From the IMG/VR virus record IMGVR_UViG_3300030095_005266, positions 1-29,823 of that record: a stretch of DNA of 29,823 nucleotides; one strand, given 5' to 3'. Positions 7,679 to 16,227 of the stretch are shown in pieces. Positions within the stretch are counted from its first letter, which is position 1, and the number at the start of each line of letters is the position of its first letter. Below the pieces are notes generated by a model that worked only from the letters and a program-made list of their open reading frames with translations, did not search any database and was not told where the DNA came from. The DNA is from a virus. Taxonomy: Duplodnaviria; Caudoviricetes. The translations under genes and the position numbers were made by a program.

Positions 7679-7897
7679 ATGTTATTAAACTCACCAAAGA
7701 CATTTTGTATGAATATTGAAAATATAGTTAAAGAAAAGAAAATCTCTCACATGGATGCTGTTCTCTGGTATTGCGAAAAAGAAGGACTAGAGTTAGAAGG
7801 CATCTCTCCCCTAATCTCAAAAGCACTCAAAGAAAAAATTGAGGCCGATGCCAGAGAGTTAAATTTTTTACCAAGACAAGCAAAATTACCCATATAG
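7679..7897 (+). CDS. gp33: late transcription coactivator gp33
   Basis: F...IE.IVKEKKISHMDAVLWYCE...ISKALKEKIEADARELNFL. Confidence 0.9.
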   Translation: MLLNSPKTFCMNIENIVKEKKISHMDAVLWYCEKEGLELEGISPLISKALKEKIEADARELNFLPRQAKLPI

Positions 7898-7901
7898 GAA
7901 C

Positions 7902-7931
7902 TTGACATTATACAATGTGTTATGGTAATAT
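7902..7931 (+). promoter_or_regulatory. sigma70-like early promoter
   Basis: TTGACA 7902-7907, TGG-TAATAT ending 7931 (18-nt spacer). Confidence 0.55.
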
Positions 7932-7988
7932 TAGATTATGTTCAACTGTCAGGACTGATGGCAGCAACTCTTGCAATGGAGACTTCAA

Positions 7989-8198
7989 ATGGAAGTGACA
8001 GTGCATTTGGATGGCAACCCGGCCATTCGTGAAGAAGGTTTTTTTGCCTCCAAGGTAAAGGAACTGGAAAACCAAGTTAAAGTGCTTGGTTTTGATAATG
8101 CCGAGTTGGTCAAAGCCAACGAGGAGTTGAAGGAGCGAGTAAAGACTCTCGCAACTCAACGCCCGTCAGGGTATCGTCCTCGCCGTCATCGACGGTAG
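7989..8198 (+). CDS. hypothetical coiled-coil protein with Arg-rich tail
   Basis: Start MEVTVHLDG with GGAG upstream. Confidence 0.7.
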   Translation: MEVTVHLDGNPAIREEGFFASKVKELENQVKVLGFDNAELVKANEELKERVKTLATQRPSGYRPRRHRR

Positions 8199-8214
8199 GA
8201 TATTGGGGATGTGT

Positions 8215-8288
8215 GCCGGTGTAGCTGAGTGGTGTAGCAGGGCTTTTGTAAAGCTCAGACGGGAGTTCGATCCTCTCCACCGGCACCA
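8215..8288 (+). tRNA. tRNA-Thr(TGT)
   Basis: GCCGGTG/CACCGGC acceptor, GGGCT-TTTGTAA-AGCTC anticodon arm, GGGAG-TTCGATC-CTCTC T arm, CCA. Confidence 0.92.
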
Positions 8289-8306
8289 TTTTGTAAAGGA
8301 GTGATT

Positions 8307-8423
8307 ATGTTTAGATGGTTTAGAAAATGGATATATAATATTTTCAAAGAGAAAGAAACTGGAGCAGAGTTAAATAATATAAGAAGAGAAAAACAAGCAA
8401 AACATGAGGATTTATTGAAGTGA
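8307..8423 (+). CDS. 38-aa hypothetical protein (MFRWFRKWIYNIFKEKE...)
   Basis: Read manually; AAGGAG SD; TGATG overlap with thyX. Confidence 0.65.
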   Translation: MFRWFRKWIYNIFKEKETGAELNNIRREKQAKHEDLLK

Positions 8424-9073
8424 TGGATGTTACATTAGTCGATAGCATGGGTAGTGACTTATCAGTGGTAAATGCTGCCCGTGTTTCTTTTGCAAAGGTG
8501 CATGATAATTTTGATGATGATAAGGACACTAAACTGATTAAGTATCTCGCAAAGCATAATCATTGGAGTCCCTTTGGTCATGCATCTTTGCAGTTTCATA
8601 TCAAAGCACCTGTGTTTGTCGCAAGACAGTTAGTCAAGCATCAGATTGGTTTGACATGGAATGAGGTGTCAAGGCGATATGTTGATGAGGAGCCAGAGTT
8701 CTATGTTCCTCTAGTCTGGCGAGGTAAAGCAGATGACAAGAAGCAGGGTTCCTCTGATATTGAGATTGACATAAATCCTGCTGGTGCTAGTGGACCAGCG
8801 ATAATTGATGATTATGAACAGGTTTTGCGTAAATCAAAGTGGACATACGAACAACTCTTGAGAAGAGGCGTATGTCCAGAACAGGCTCGTATTGTTCTTC
8901 CACAGTCAATGATGACTGAATGGTATTGGAGTGGCACACTGTATGCGTTTGCCCGTGTATGCAATCTGCGGTGTAAACCAGATGCACAGGTAGAGACACA
9001 GATGATTGCTGACCGTATTGATAAATTATCAGAGGAATTGTTTCCCGCAAGTTGGGACGCTCTACGGTCATGA
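8423..9073 (+). CDS. thyX: flavin-dependent thymidylate synthase
   Basis: MGSDLSVVNAARVSF, HWSPFGH, APVFVARQLVKHQ...NEVSRRY, PEQARIVLP, LR..PDAQ.E. Confidence 0.95.
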   Translation: MDVTLVDSMGSDLSVVNAARVSFAKVHDNFDDDKDTKLIKYLAKHNHWSPFGHASLQFHIKAPVFVARQLVKHQIGLTWNEVSRRYVDEEPEFYVPLVWRGKADDKKQGSSDIEIDINPAGASGPAIIDDYEQVLRKSKWTYEQLLRRGVCPEQARIVLPQSMMTEWYWSGTLYAFARVCNLRCKPDAQVETQMIADRIDKLSEELFPASWDALRS

Positions 9074-9888
9074 GTAAAGCTGTTGTCATGGGAAACGGTG
9101 AGTCTCGGTCTTGGTATAACCCAGATACTAAATGGGACGATGTGAAGACATGGGGCTGCAATGCTGTTTACCGTGACGCAATGCCAGATAATCTTGTTGC
9201 TATGGACTATGCAATGCAGCAGGAGATATATGACTCTGGGTATACGGGAAAGTGTTATTTCTCAAACTGGAGCGTTGTTCCATCAGAGGTTGCTGATATG
9301 ATGCTCATGGGATTTGATATACCAGATGCATTTATTCATAGGAGTAAGAATAAAACTGGTCAATGTGTTATATCTGGCAAAGACCCTGCAACGGTTCATG
9401 AGACTGTTGAATATATGATGAAGCTACTTCCAAGTCTAGACATGGATGACCTTAAACTCAAGATGGAAAAAGATGTTGGTATTTGGATCACCTATGTGAA
9501 TGAGAATGACAACATTAAAGATGTAGGCAATCCTAATCTATCAACTGGTAATATGGCCTTATTACTGGCATGTCATGAACAGGATGCAGAAGACATTTAT
9601 ATGTTAGGATTTGATTTGAGTATATATGATGAGACAGTCAATAACATATACAAAGGGACAGACAACTATTTGCCCGCAGATGCGAAAGGGTTCAATCCTG
9701 TAAACTGGATGAACCAAATGAGTGAGATTTTTGACAAGTATAAGAGTAAAAACTTTCACTGGGTAGACTGCAAAATAAAAGGCACTAAGAGTTGGCATGG
9801 TTCGACAGTGCAAGACTACCATTCCAATGTAAAGCACTTGTCAAAAGAGGAGTTCTGTAAAGAGCTATTATTGGAAGATTATAAATAA
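9070..9888 (+). CDS. glycosyltransferase-like (GT29/GT42/MAF-type Rossmann) protein
   Basis: VMGNGESR, TWGCNA.YRD, STGNMALLLA, IYMLGFD motifs. Confidence 0.5.
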   Translation: MSKAVVMGNGESRSWYNPDTKWDDVKTWGCNAVYRDAMPDNLVAMDYAMQQEIYDSGYTGKCYFSNWSVVPSEVADMMLMGFDIPDAFIHRSKNKTGQCVISGKDPATVHETVEYMMKLLPSLDMDDLKLKMEKDVGIWITYVNENDNIKDVGNPNLSTGNMALLLACHEQDAEDIYMLGFDLSIYDETVNNIYKGTDNYLPADAKGFNPVNWMNQMSEIFDKYKSKNFHWVDCKIKGTKSWHGSTVQDYHSNVKHLSKEEFCKELLLEDYK

Positions 9889-9925
9889 AGGAGTATTGAC
9901 ATTTACTATTACATAATGATATATT
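9880..9925 (+). promoter_or_regulatory. late (TATAAATA 9880-9887) plus early (TTGACA 9896-9901) promoters for gene 32
   Basis: Direct motif matches; -10 candidate TATATT 9920-9925. Confidence 0.6.
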
Positions 9926-9962
9926 TAAACATACTTAAACATACGAAACATATTTAAACATA
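9921..9962 (+). repeat. four tandem ~10-nt AU-rich repeats abutting the gene 32 SD (candidate autogenous operator)
   Basis: ATATTTAAAC-ATACTTAAAC-ATACGAAAC-ATATTTAAAC-ATA-AGGAG. Confidence 0.75.
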
Positions 9963-9971
9963 AGGAGACAT

Positions 9972-10859
9972 ATGATGTCATTAGCTGCAATGAAGAAGCA
10001 GAATAGTTTGGATTCACTATTGGGTGCTGCCCAGAAAGAATCTGCCCCCCTAGAAAAGAAGTCCTATGTGGATGAACGCATTTGGAAACCGACGATGGAT
10101 AAGACCGGCAACGGTTATGCTGTTATTCGTTTTCTTCCTGCTCCAGATGGAGAAGACCTTCCTTGGGTAAAACTTTGGAACCACGCTTTCCAAGGTCCAA
10201 CTGGTCAGTGGTTTATTGAGAACTCATTGACTACTCTCGGCAACAACGATCCTGTATCGGAGTATAACTCTAAACTCTGGAACTCTGGTATCGAGTCAGA
10301 TAAAGAGATTGCTCGTAAGCAGAAGCGTAAGTTGTCATATTACTCCAACATCTATGTGGTGAGTGATGCAGCAAATTCAGAAAATGAGGGTAAAGTTTTT
10401 CTCTATCGCTATGGTAAGAAGATTTTTGATAAGTTGATGGAAGCAATGCAGCCTCCATTTCCTGACGCTGAACCTGTCAACCCTTTTGATTTCTGGGAAG
10501 GTGCAAACTTTAAACTGAAGTTGCGTAAGGTAGATGGATATTGGAACTATGACCTTTCATCTTTTGATAACAAGTCTGCACTACTTGATGGTGATGATGA
10601 TGTATTGGAAGAAGTACATGGTAAGCAGTATTCTCTTGCTGACTTCACATCTCCCACTAACTTCAAGTCCTATGATGAGTTGAAGACTCGTCTGGATGCG
10701 GTCCTGTCTGGCACTGTTGTTGCTAATACCACAGTTCAGACTTTGATGGAAGATGAACCAAGTTCAACAATCAAGGTTGACACTAAACCAGAACCAGCCC
10801 CTACCGTAGAGGTTGATGATGACGCAATGTCATACTTTGAGAAACTCGCAGAAGAGTAA
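9972..10859 (+). CDS. gp32: single-stranded DNA-binding protein gp32
   Basis: DERIWKP..DKTGNGYAVIRFLPAP, HAFQGPTGQWFIENS.TT, YGKKIFDK, NPFDFWEGANFKLK, acidic C-terminus. Confidence 0.97.
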   Translation: MMSLAAMKKQNSLDSLLGAAQKESAPLEKKSYVDERIWKPTMDKTGNGYAVIRFLPAPDGEDLPWVKLWNHAFQGPTGQWFIENSLTTLGNNDPVSEYNSKLWNSGIESDKEIARKQKRKLSYYSNIYVVSDAANSENEGKVFLYRYGKKIFDKLMEAMQPPFPDAEPVNPFDFWEGANFKLKLRKVDGYWNYDLSSFDNKSALLDGDDDVLEEVHGKQYSLADFTSPTNFKSYDELKTRLDAVLSGTVVANTTVQTLMEDEPSSTIKVDTKPEPAPTVEVDDDAMSYFEKLAEE

Positions 10860-10890
10860 TACTATCAGTAGTAATGCTGGTAGGGCTACG

Positions 10891-10922
10891 AACCCCCACA
10901 GAAATGTGGGGGTTTTTCTTTT
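10891..10922. terminator. intrinsic terminator between convergent gene 32 and the tail block
   Basis: AACCCCCACA-GAAA-TGTGGGGGTT then T-rich tract. Confidence 0.9.
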
Positions 10923-13170
10923 ATGCGAACCCACTGACAAGAGAACCTTGGTTTGCAAGAATTCCAACTGAACTATTGTCAACCAATTGTTGCGGCATAC
11001 CAAGCGATTGCTCTGTTTTTTCGCCCTCATTGACAGTATTATTAGTCATTATCATTGGAGCAGCTGACTTTCCTCCACCATCAACTTTATCTGCTGTTGC
11101 GGCGTTCATTTGTGCAACTTGGTTTGCAGCTCGAGTCGGTGCCATGGAAAACTTTTCACTTTCTAGTTTTCGGACTCGTATTTTTTCAAGTTCTCGGCGC
11201 CTGTCATCCAAATAGGTATTTGGATCTTCGTCAATCATTTTGGTGCGGAAAAGCTTCTTAAAGTTTTTAGCTTCATTTTTCATTCTTAAAGTTTTCGGGG
11301 TATCGTAACGACGGATGCCAAGTTTATCCAGTTCTTCGGCGGCACCTAATCTCCCTCTTGCCGCTAGGAATTTTAAGTGGCGCACCCGCTCCGGCGACTT
11401 ACGCAAGTTGGTCATCATTTCCGCTGCGCTCTTGAGGTTAGCTTGTTGCTGTTCTTCTGTCAATCCTCGACCGAGCGGTGTAAGTTGCTTACCTTCCGAT
11501 GTTTGATTTTTTTTACCTCTTCTAGCTTTTCTTCTAGCAGCAGCACCTCCTTTAGGTATTTCAGGAATTTCAGCTTTGTTGTTCAGTAAAAACCCTGCAA
11601 CCATTCCTCCAGCAATATCACCACCAAAGTAACCTAGTACGCCAGCTAACGCCCCCGCAACGGCGGCGCCAGGACCAGTAAAAGAGGTTAACGCTGCTGC
11701 AAGCGCCGCAAACCCAGCCGCACCAATAGTACCACCAATTAATCCACCCAGTTCCATAGTTTTTTGGTCTTTTGATTTGTCGCTCATTAATATTCCGATT
11801 GCCCTCGGTCCGGAAAGTAGTGTGCTAAGAATCGGAATTCTCATTGCCGGCTTGATGTTAGGAAACTTCTTAAATATTTTTTGTAATATATTGTCTTTGC
11901 CTCCAGCAGCACCGGCAGGCGGTTTGACATTTGTACTTGCAGGCGGTTTACTTGTTATGGCTACACTTCTAGCTTGAGCAGCAGCAACGCCACCAGCACC
12001 AGCTGTGGCACTAAAACCTAGCAATGCTCCTACCTTGCTTAGCCCTGTTCCTACCTTGCCAAAAAACTTACTAACACGGCCCTTCTTCTTATTCTTATCC
12101 TTCTTCTTATTCTTATCCTCCTTGTCACCACCGCCCGGCAACAAACCCATTTTTTTTGCTAATGCTAAAATTCCAAGGCCTTGAAGAATGGAGCCTACTA
12201 CTTCAAGAGCCGCTCCCAAGAGTGTGAGCCCCCCTACGACCTTGGCAATATCTGTAACAATGTCCCCCAAACTTTCTTTACCTGAGAAGTATTCTTTTAA
12301 AAATTTTCTTGTCTTCTCATAGAACTTGCTATTGACAAAAAATAAAAGCAGAGCAGCTAAAGCTAGTCCAAGTATTTTCGGAAATTTCTTAAAAAAACCT
12401 TTTATTGGGTCTATGAAATTTCTTTTCGCATCTCCTAATATTTGAACTGGTTTTGAAGCTGCAACGCCAGTTTTAAATCTTCCAAGAAGATTTCTTTTAT
12501 TCTCCCTGGCTGCTAACTTTGCTTGCTCACGTTTAAGTTGTAAATCTTTCTTCTGATACTCTTTATTTTGTTTAGCATCACCTTTAATTGCCTCACCCAT
12601 TTCTTTTAATTCTTTTTTTGAGTCTTCAACAATTTTTCGTTGTTCTAGTATACCCTCATATTGTTCTTCATTTACTTTAAGAAGGCGCATCTCTCTTTCT
12701 TTGGTTTCCTGTTCAACCTCAACCTTGGCTTTTTTATCTTCCTTTGCCGATTTTTTTTCAGCAGCGTTATTTTCTATTACATTTTCTATTACTTTCGCTG
12801 TGGTCTCTTGAGTTTTATTTGTGATTTGGAGTTGTCTTTGTTGAGCGTTTTGGTTACGATTTGCCAAAGCTCTTTCAAACTGCTTGTAGCTTTTATCAAA
12901 TCCTTCTGTTACCGCAGTTTCGACACCTTCGACACTCTTAGTGTTTTCCTTCTCAGCCTTTAAAATTGCTTCTTGGGTTTGATCATGTTCTTTTCTATTT
13001 TTTCTTTCTTGAACAACGGTATTGCCAATTTCAGCAGCAGCATTTTTGAACGATGCTTTAAGAGTGTCACCTTGTTCATCGTCCATTATTTGTTGATGAA
13101 TTAATTGATTTGTTTTCTTTTGTTCGTTAAGAAATTGTTGAAAAGTTAAATTTAGTGCTTCGTCAGCCAT
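10921..13170 (-). CDS. tape-measure / gp29-like tail length protein
   Basis: 749 aa: long coiled coil, hydrophobic and Gly/Ala-rich segments; downstream of gp26-like in the tail block. Confidence 0.65.
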   Translation of the reverse strand: MADEALNLTFQQFLNEQKKTNQLIHQQIMDDEQGDTLKASFKNAAAEIGNTVVQERKNRKEHDQTQEAILKAEKENTKSVEGVETAVTEGFDKSYKQFERALANRNQNAQQRQLQITNKTQETTAKVIENVIENNAAEKKSAKEDKKAKVEVEQETKEREMRLLKVNEEQYEGILEQRKIVEDSKKELKEMGEAIKGDAKQNKEYQKKDLQLKREQAKLAARENKRNLLGRFKTGVAASKPVQILGDAKRNFIDPIKGFFKKFPKILGLALAALLLFFVNSKFYEKTRKFLKEYFSGKESLGDIVTDIAKVVGGLTLLGAALEVVGSILQGLGILALAKKMGLLPGGGDKEDKNKKKDKNKKKGRVSKFFGKVGTGLSKVGALLGFSATAGAGGVAAAQARSVAITSKPPASTNVKPPAGAAGGKDNILQKIFKKFPNIKPAMRIPILSTLLSGPRAIGILMSDKSKDQKTMELGGLIGGTIGAAGFAALAAALTSFTGPGAAVAGALAGVLGYFGGDIAGGMVAGFLLNNKAEIPEIPKGGAAARRKARRGKKNQTSEGKQLTPLGRGLTEEQQQANLKSAAEMMTNLRKSPERVRHLKFLAARGRLGAAEELDKLGIRRYDTPKTLRMKNEAKNFKKLFRTKMIDEDPNTYLDDRRRELEKIRVRKLESEKFSMAPTRAANQVAQMNAATADKVDGGGKSAAPMIMTNNTVNEGEKTEQSLGMPQQLVDNSSVGILANQGSLVSGFA
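12081..12119 (-). repeat. perfect 18-nt tandem duplication encoding KDKNKK-like repeat
   Basis: ccttcttcttattcttat x2 plus cct. Confidence 0.85.
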
Positions 13171-13179
13171 GATTCTATC

Positions 13180-13524
13180 CTACTTCTTTACATCCGTGTT
13201 TTTACTTTTAATGTATGCTTCCTTGCCAAAGAAAGCTGCAACGATTGCTGCGACAGAGACAAAATATGTCGCTGCCATATCACCCAAGATTTTTGCTGCT
13301 TGGTCCATGTTCATAAGAACTGCTAACACAACCAAAGATGGGTACAGCAACATACCGGCAAGTGCAAACCACGCCATTTTGCGTTGAGCATCTTCTTTTT
13401 TGTCTTCATTCTCTAGTCTTACTAATTTTGCATCCATTTCAAATTCTTCATCATCCACAACACCATCACCATTTAAATCATATTTTTCATATTGACTATC
13501 TGGCTCAAGTTTTTTTTGTGCCAC
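13180..13524 (-). CDS. EF-hand-loop plus two-TM membrane protein (holin-like topology)
   Basis: DLNGDGVVDDEE loop; two hydrophobic helices; basic C-terminus; AAGGAG SD before GTG. Confidence 0.7.
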   Translation of the reverse strand: MAQKKLEPDSQYEKYDLNGDGVVDDEEFEMDAKLVRLENEDKKEDAQRKMAWFALAGMLLYPSLVVLAVLMNMDQAAKILGDMAATYFVSVAAIVAAFFGKEAYIKSKNTDVKK

Positions 13525-13538
13525 AACTAACTCCTTTT

Positions 13539-13727
13539 TTATCTATTTTCTTCCTCTTTTCGTTTTCTCTCTTCCTCTTTAAGATGATTTATCAATAAAC
13601 CAACATATATTTCCCTCTCCCACGGTAGCATTTCGTCCAATTCTGTTAAACTATATTTATGATGTTGCATCATAGAAAAATTTAGTTCATAGTGAGTTTT
13701 TACTGATACATGTGAGAGGGCTAACCA
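13539..13727 (-). CDS. gp51-like small ORF; probably the -1 frameshift extension of gp26-like (first in-frame ATG at 13673)
   Basis: WLALSHVSVKTHYELNFSMMQHHKYSLTELDEMLPWEREIYVGLLINHLKEEERKRKEEENR*; absent from the ORF track. Confidence 0.8.
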   Translation of the reverse strand, partial: WLALSHVSVKTHYELNFSMMQHHKYSLTELDEMLPWEREIYVGLLINHLKEEERKRKEEENR

Positions 13728-14434
13728 AAAAAACTTTCTAATCCTTGAAGAACCACTTCATTATCTACCTCTGTTTTTGGATTTTTGACATTTATCACAT
13801 GAATAAGCTTTGGCATTGTGTCAAAAAAATCACCAATTTGTTCAAACATATCTGGTGGTAACATGTCAATAAATTCAGTTAACTCCTTATCGCTCATATC
13901 AACCCTGTTATATATTTTGTCACCATCAGTAATTTCAGTAACACATCTATGCATCAGTTTAATTACATGTTCAACTAAATCATCTGCGTTATCAATATTT
14001 AAATCAACCACATCTTTAACAGTTGGGTAACGCAAAACAATTTTAATCTTGTCCGATATGTCAATTGTGTTGCTGTGCTCATCATTTGATTGAACATCAA
14101 TCTCATCAAGATTAATCTTAACCGGCACTCTTGTCTCCTCATCATCTGGACACAAGATACTTAACTCTGCCGTTTCACCAACCGATTTACATCTTATTTT
14201 CAGAAACACATATTCAAAATCAAACACTGCCATTTCTGATAAATTCAATTTTCCATATGTGCAACTATCTACGAGAGATTTCATTCCATTCATAATATCT
14301 CTCTGGTTTTCAGATTCCTGTAAAATCATTAATGTTTTTTGTTCTTTTACAAGAAATGGTCTATATGTTATTTCTTCTCCTGTTGATGGTAGTTCTAAAG
14401 TGTAATTTGGTATATCAAGTTTTGGTAGTGCCAT
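13721..14434 (-). CDS. gp26: gp26-like baseplate hub / tail assembly chaperone
   Basis: MALPKL..P.Y.LELPSTGE.I.YRPFLVKEQK, FD.EYVFLKIR.KSVGE, FF.TMPKL, LQGLESFF. Confidence 0.85.
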   Translation of the reverse strand: MALPKLDIPNYTLELPSTGEEITYRPFLVKEQKTLMILQESENQRDIMNGMKSLVDSCTYGKLNLSEMAVFDFEYVFLKIRCKSVGETAELSILCPDDEETRVPVKINLDEIDVQSNDEHSNTIDISDKIKIVLRYPTVKDVVDLNIDNADDLVEHVIKLMHRCVTEITDGDKIYNRVDMSDKELTEFIDMLPPDMFEQIGDFFDTMPKLIHVINVKNPKTEVDNEVVLQGLESFFG

Positions 14435-14464
14435 AATTTTTTCATCCTTATATTAATTTTCTCA

Positions 14465-15175
14465 TTAGTCATCAACAGGCCCTTTAGGTATGGCATTGAA
14501 ATTTGATGCCAATTGAGCCGGTGTAAGGTTCAGTGAATTTCTTTTAACTGTGTCTTGAGATGGTTCAACTAATTCTCCACCAGTTTGTTGAGACTCTGCA
14601 TCTAATGGTGAGAACTTTCTAAATGTCCACGCCACTGTAGTTTTTCTAATTTCTGTAGTTGGTCCTGCTGCTAAATTTAACCCTGCAATAGATTTGGGAT
14701 AACACTCCTCCACTTTAAGACCAAATGTCTTTTCATTGTTTTGGTTCAGTAAATATATATCTAATGTTCCAATATAGTCATTATAATATCCAGCATCAAA
14801 ATTGATTACATCATATGACAATTGTTGCCACTGCTCGAAAAATTTTCTCTCATCCAATCCAGCTGTTGATTGAATAATCATACTAATTTCTTCCGCAAAC
14901 AATGGTTGTGTGACATACTCCCTTTGTGGTCCAGTAATAGCACCCGCACTCGCTATTTGAGTTTCTAATGACCTACCGGGCATTATGAGACTTTCTGCTC
15001 GTAAAGAGACTTCCCTATTACTGATCCCCCCCATAGTGGTTGCCCCTTTTGGTGGGAAAATCTGCACTTCGTATTGATTTGGTTTTCCAGATGAATTTTG
15101 CGCTCTAAATGCTGATACAATATCCCTCAGTCTAAATGCGGCACCATCTTTAAATGTGCGTAGCTTTGTTGCCAT
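14465..15175 (-). CDS. gp54-like baseplate-tail tube initiator (tube fold)
   Basis: PN.YEV.I, SL..E....PGRSL, ERKFFEQWQ, YYNDYIG, EECYPKSI; start moved to MATKLRTF. Confidence 0.7.
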   Translation of the reverse strand: MATKLRTFKDGAAFRLRDIVSAFRAQNSSGKPNQYEVQIFPPKGATTMGGISNREVSLRAESLIMPGRSLETQIASAGAITGPQREYVTQPLFAEEISMIIQSTAGLDERKFFEQWQQLSYDVINFDAGYYNDYIGTLDIYLLNQNNEKTFGLKVEECYPKSIAGLNLAAGPTTEIRKTTVAWTFRKFSPLDAESQQTGGELVEPSQDTVKRNSLNLTPAQLASNFNAIPKGPVDD

Positions 15176-15185
15176 CTTATTATCC

Positions 15186-15740
15186 TTAGAACAATTTCTT
15201 GGTTTCGTTGTATACTTTAGATGTAGACGCTTTCTTAAATCTCTGCACGGGCAATAAAACCGCAATCACCCATTCATCTGGAGTAACAACACGAATTTGA
15301 GATTTCAAATGACCATACAGATATCTTTTAACGACAGCTTTTGCCATAGGTATACCACTAGCCCGTGCATAGCTAACTCTAAGTTTATCTGCTGAACTAT
15401 ATTCATTTCCCTCTGGTATGCTATTAAGTTTATCAAGCAACCTAACTCTTAGGGGTATTGGTAGATAATGAAAGTTCAATCCTAGAAATCCATCACTGTA
15501 ACTTTCCAGTGGAAGGACCAGTGGGAAAGTGTCATAGTATGGCAGAGTTTTCTTGTACTTAGGATCATAGACAAACATATTTAGATTGAATGGTGATGGT
15601 TTGCCTAATCTTCTACCATCTCTAATTAAATCTAATGCGCCAGGTTTACCAAACTCTCGTATTTTGTCTCGATACCAGTTAATTGATTTTGGTGCGTCCT
15701 TTGTAGCGTCTTGAACGCTTTGTATGAAATTATCAACCAT
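15186..15740 (-). CDS. gp2: DNA end protector gp2
   Basis: MFVYDPKYKKTLPYYDTFPLV, GFLGLNFHYLP..LR, VKRYL..H. Confidence 0.9.
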   Translation of the reverse strand: MVDNFIQSVQDATKDAPKSINWYRDKIREFGKPGALDLIRDGRRLGKPSPFNLNMFVYDPKYKKTLPYYDTFPLVLPLESYSDGFLGLNFHYLPIPLRVRLLDKLNSIPEGNEYSSADKLRVSYARASGIPMAKAVVKRYLYGHLKSQIRVVTPDEWVIAVLLPVQRFKKASTSKVYNETKKLF

Positions 15741-15744
15741 AAGA

Positions 15745-16188
15745 TTATTTATAACGAATACCTAAATCGTCCTCTGTCATTATCTTAAATTCCATTCCAT
15801 TGTCTTTACACCATTCATTAGCATACTTCCACTTTGCACTATTCACACCCCAAGTCTTTACCTCATTCAAATACCTCTTGGTTTTTCTTTGTGGCTCTTT
15901 TGGGGGTTTCGTCTGTTTCTTGGGTTTTACCTCAATGATGAGTTTTTTGGTGGTGCCACCGTGTTGTTTTATTTTGATATAGAAATCTGGGAAGTAACGA
16001 TGTATGCGCCCATCCCAAGGTGACTTGTATGGTATTACTATTTCCTCACTGCCCCATTCCATAATCGATTCACTATGGTCACAATACACCATAAACTTAC
16101 GCTCCCAGAGAGAACGATAAATTATATTGTGTGGATTGCCCCTATATTTTGAGGGATTGTTTGGAGTATATCTACCTTTGTATGCCAT
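15745..16188 (-). CDS. gp4: head completion nuclease gp4
   Basis: MAYKG.Y.P.NP.KY.G, YRSLWERKFM.YCD, WGSEE..IPY, HRYFPDF, IEVKPKKQ. Confidence 0.93.
   Translation of the reverse strand: MAYKGRYTPNNPSKYRGNPHNIIYRSLWERKFMVYCDHSESIMEWGSEEIVIPYKSPWDGRIHRYFPDFYIKIKQHGGTTKKLIIEVKPKKQTKPPKEPQRKTKRYLNEVKTWGVNSAKWKYANEWCKDNGMEFKIMTEDDLGIRYK
15746..15753 (-). promoter_or_regulatory. T4 late promoter TATAAATA for gene 2
   Basis: tatttata on + strand, embedded in the last codons (Y-K-stop) of gene 4. Confidence 0.7.
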
Positions 16189-16192
16189 GATG

Positions 16193-16227
16193 TATAAATA
16201 CTTTAAATGATATAAGGATTATTTAGT
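16193..16227. promoter_or_regulatory. overlapping divergent late promoters (TATAAATA + at 16193-16200; ACTAAATA - at 16220-16227)
   Basis: Motifs in the 39-nt gap between divergent genes 4 and 48. Confidence 0.7.

Noticed and set aside
12081-12119. 18-nt tandem repeat as a functional DNA element
   Set aside because: In-frame slippage duplication in a Lys-rich linker; only two copies.
10874-13598. Several plus-strand ORFs opposite the tape-measure-like and membrane protein genes
   Set aside because: Antisense shadows of long low-complexity coding sequence.
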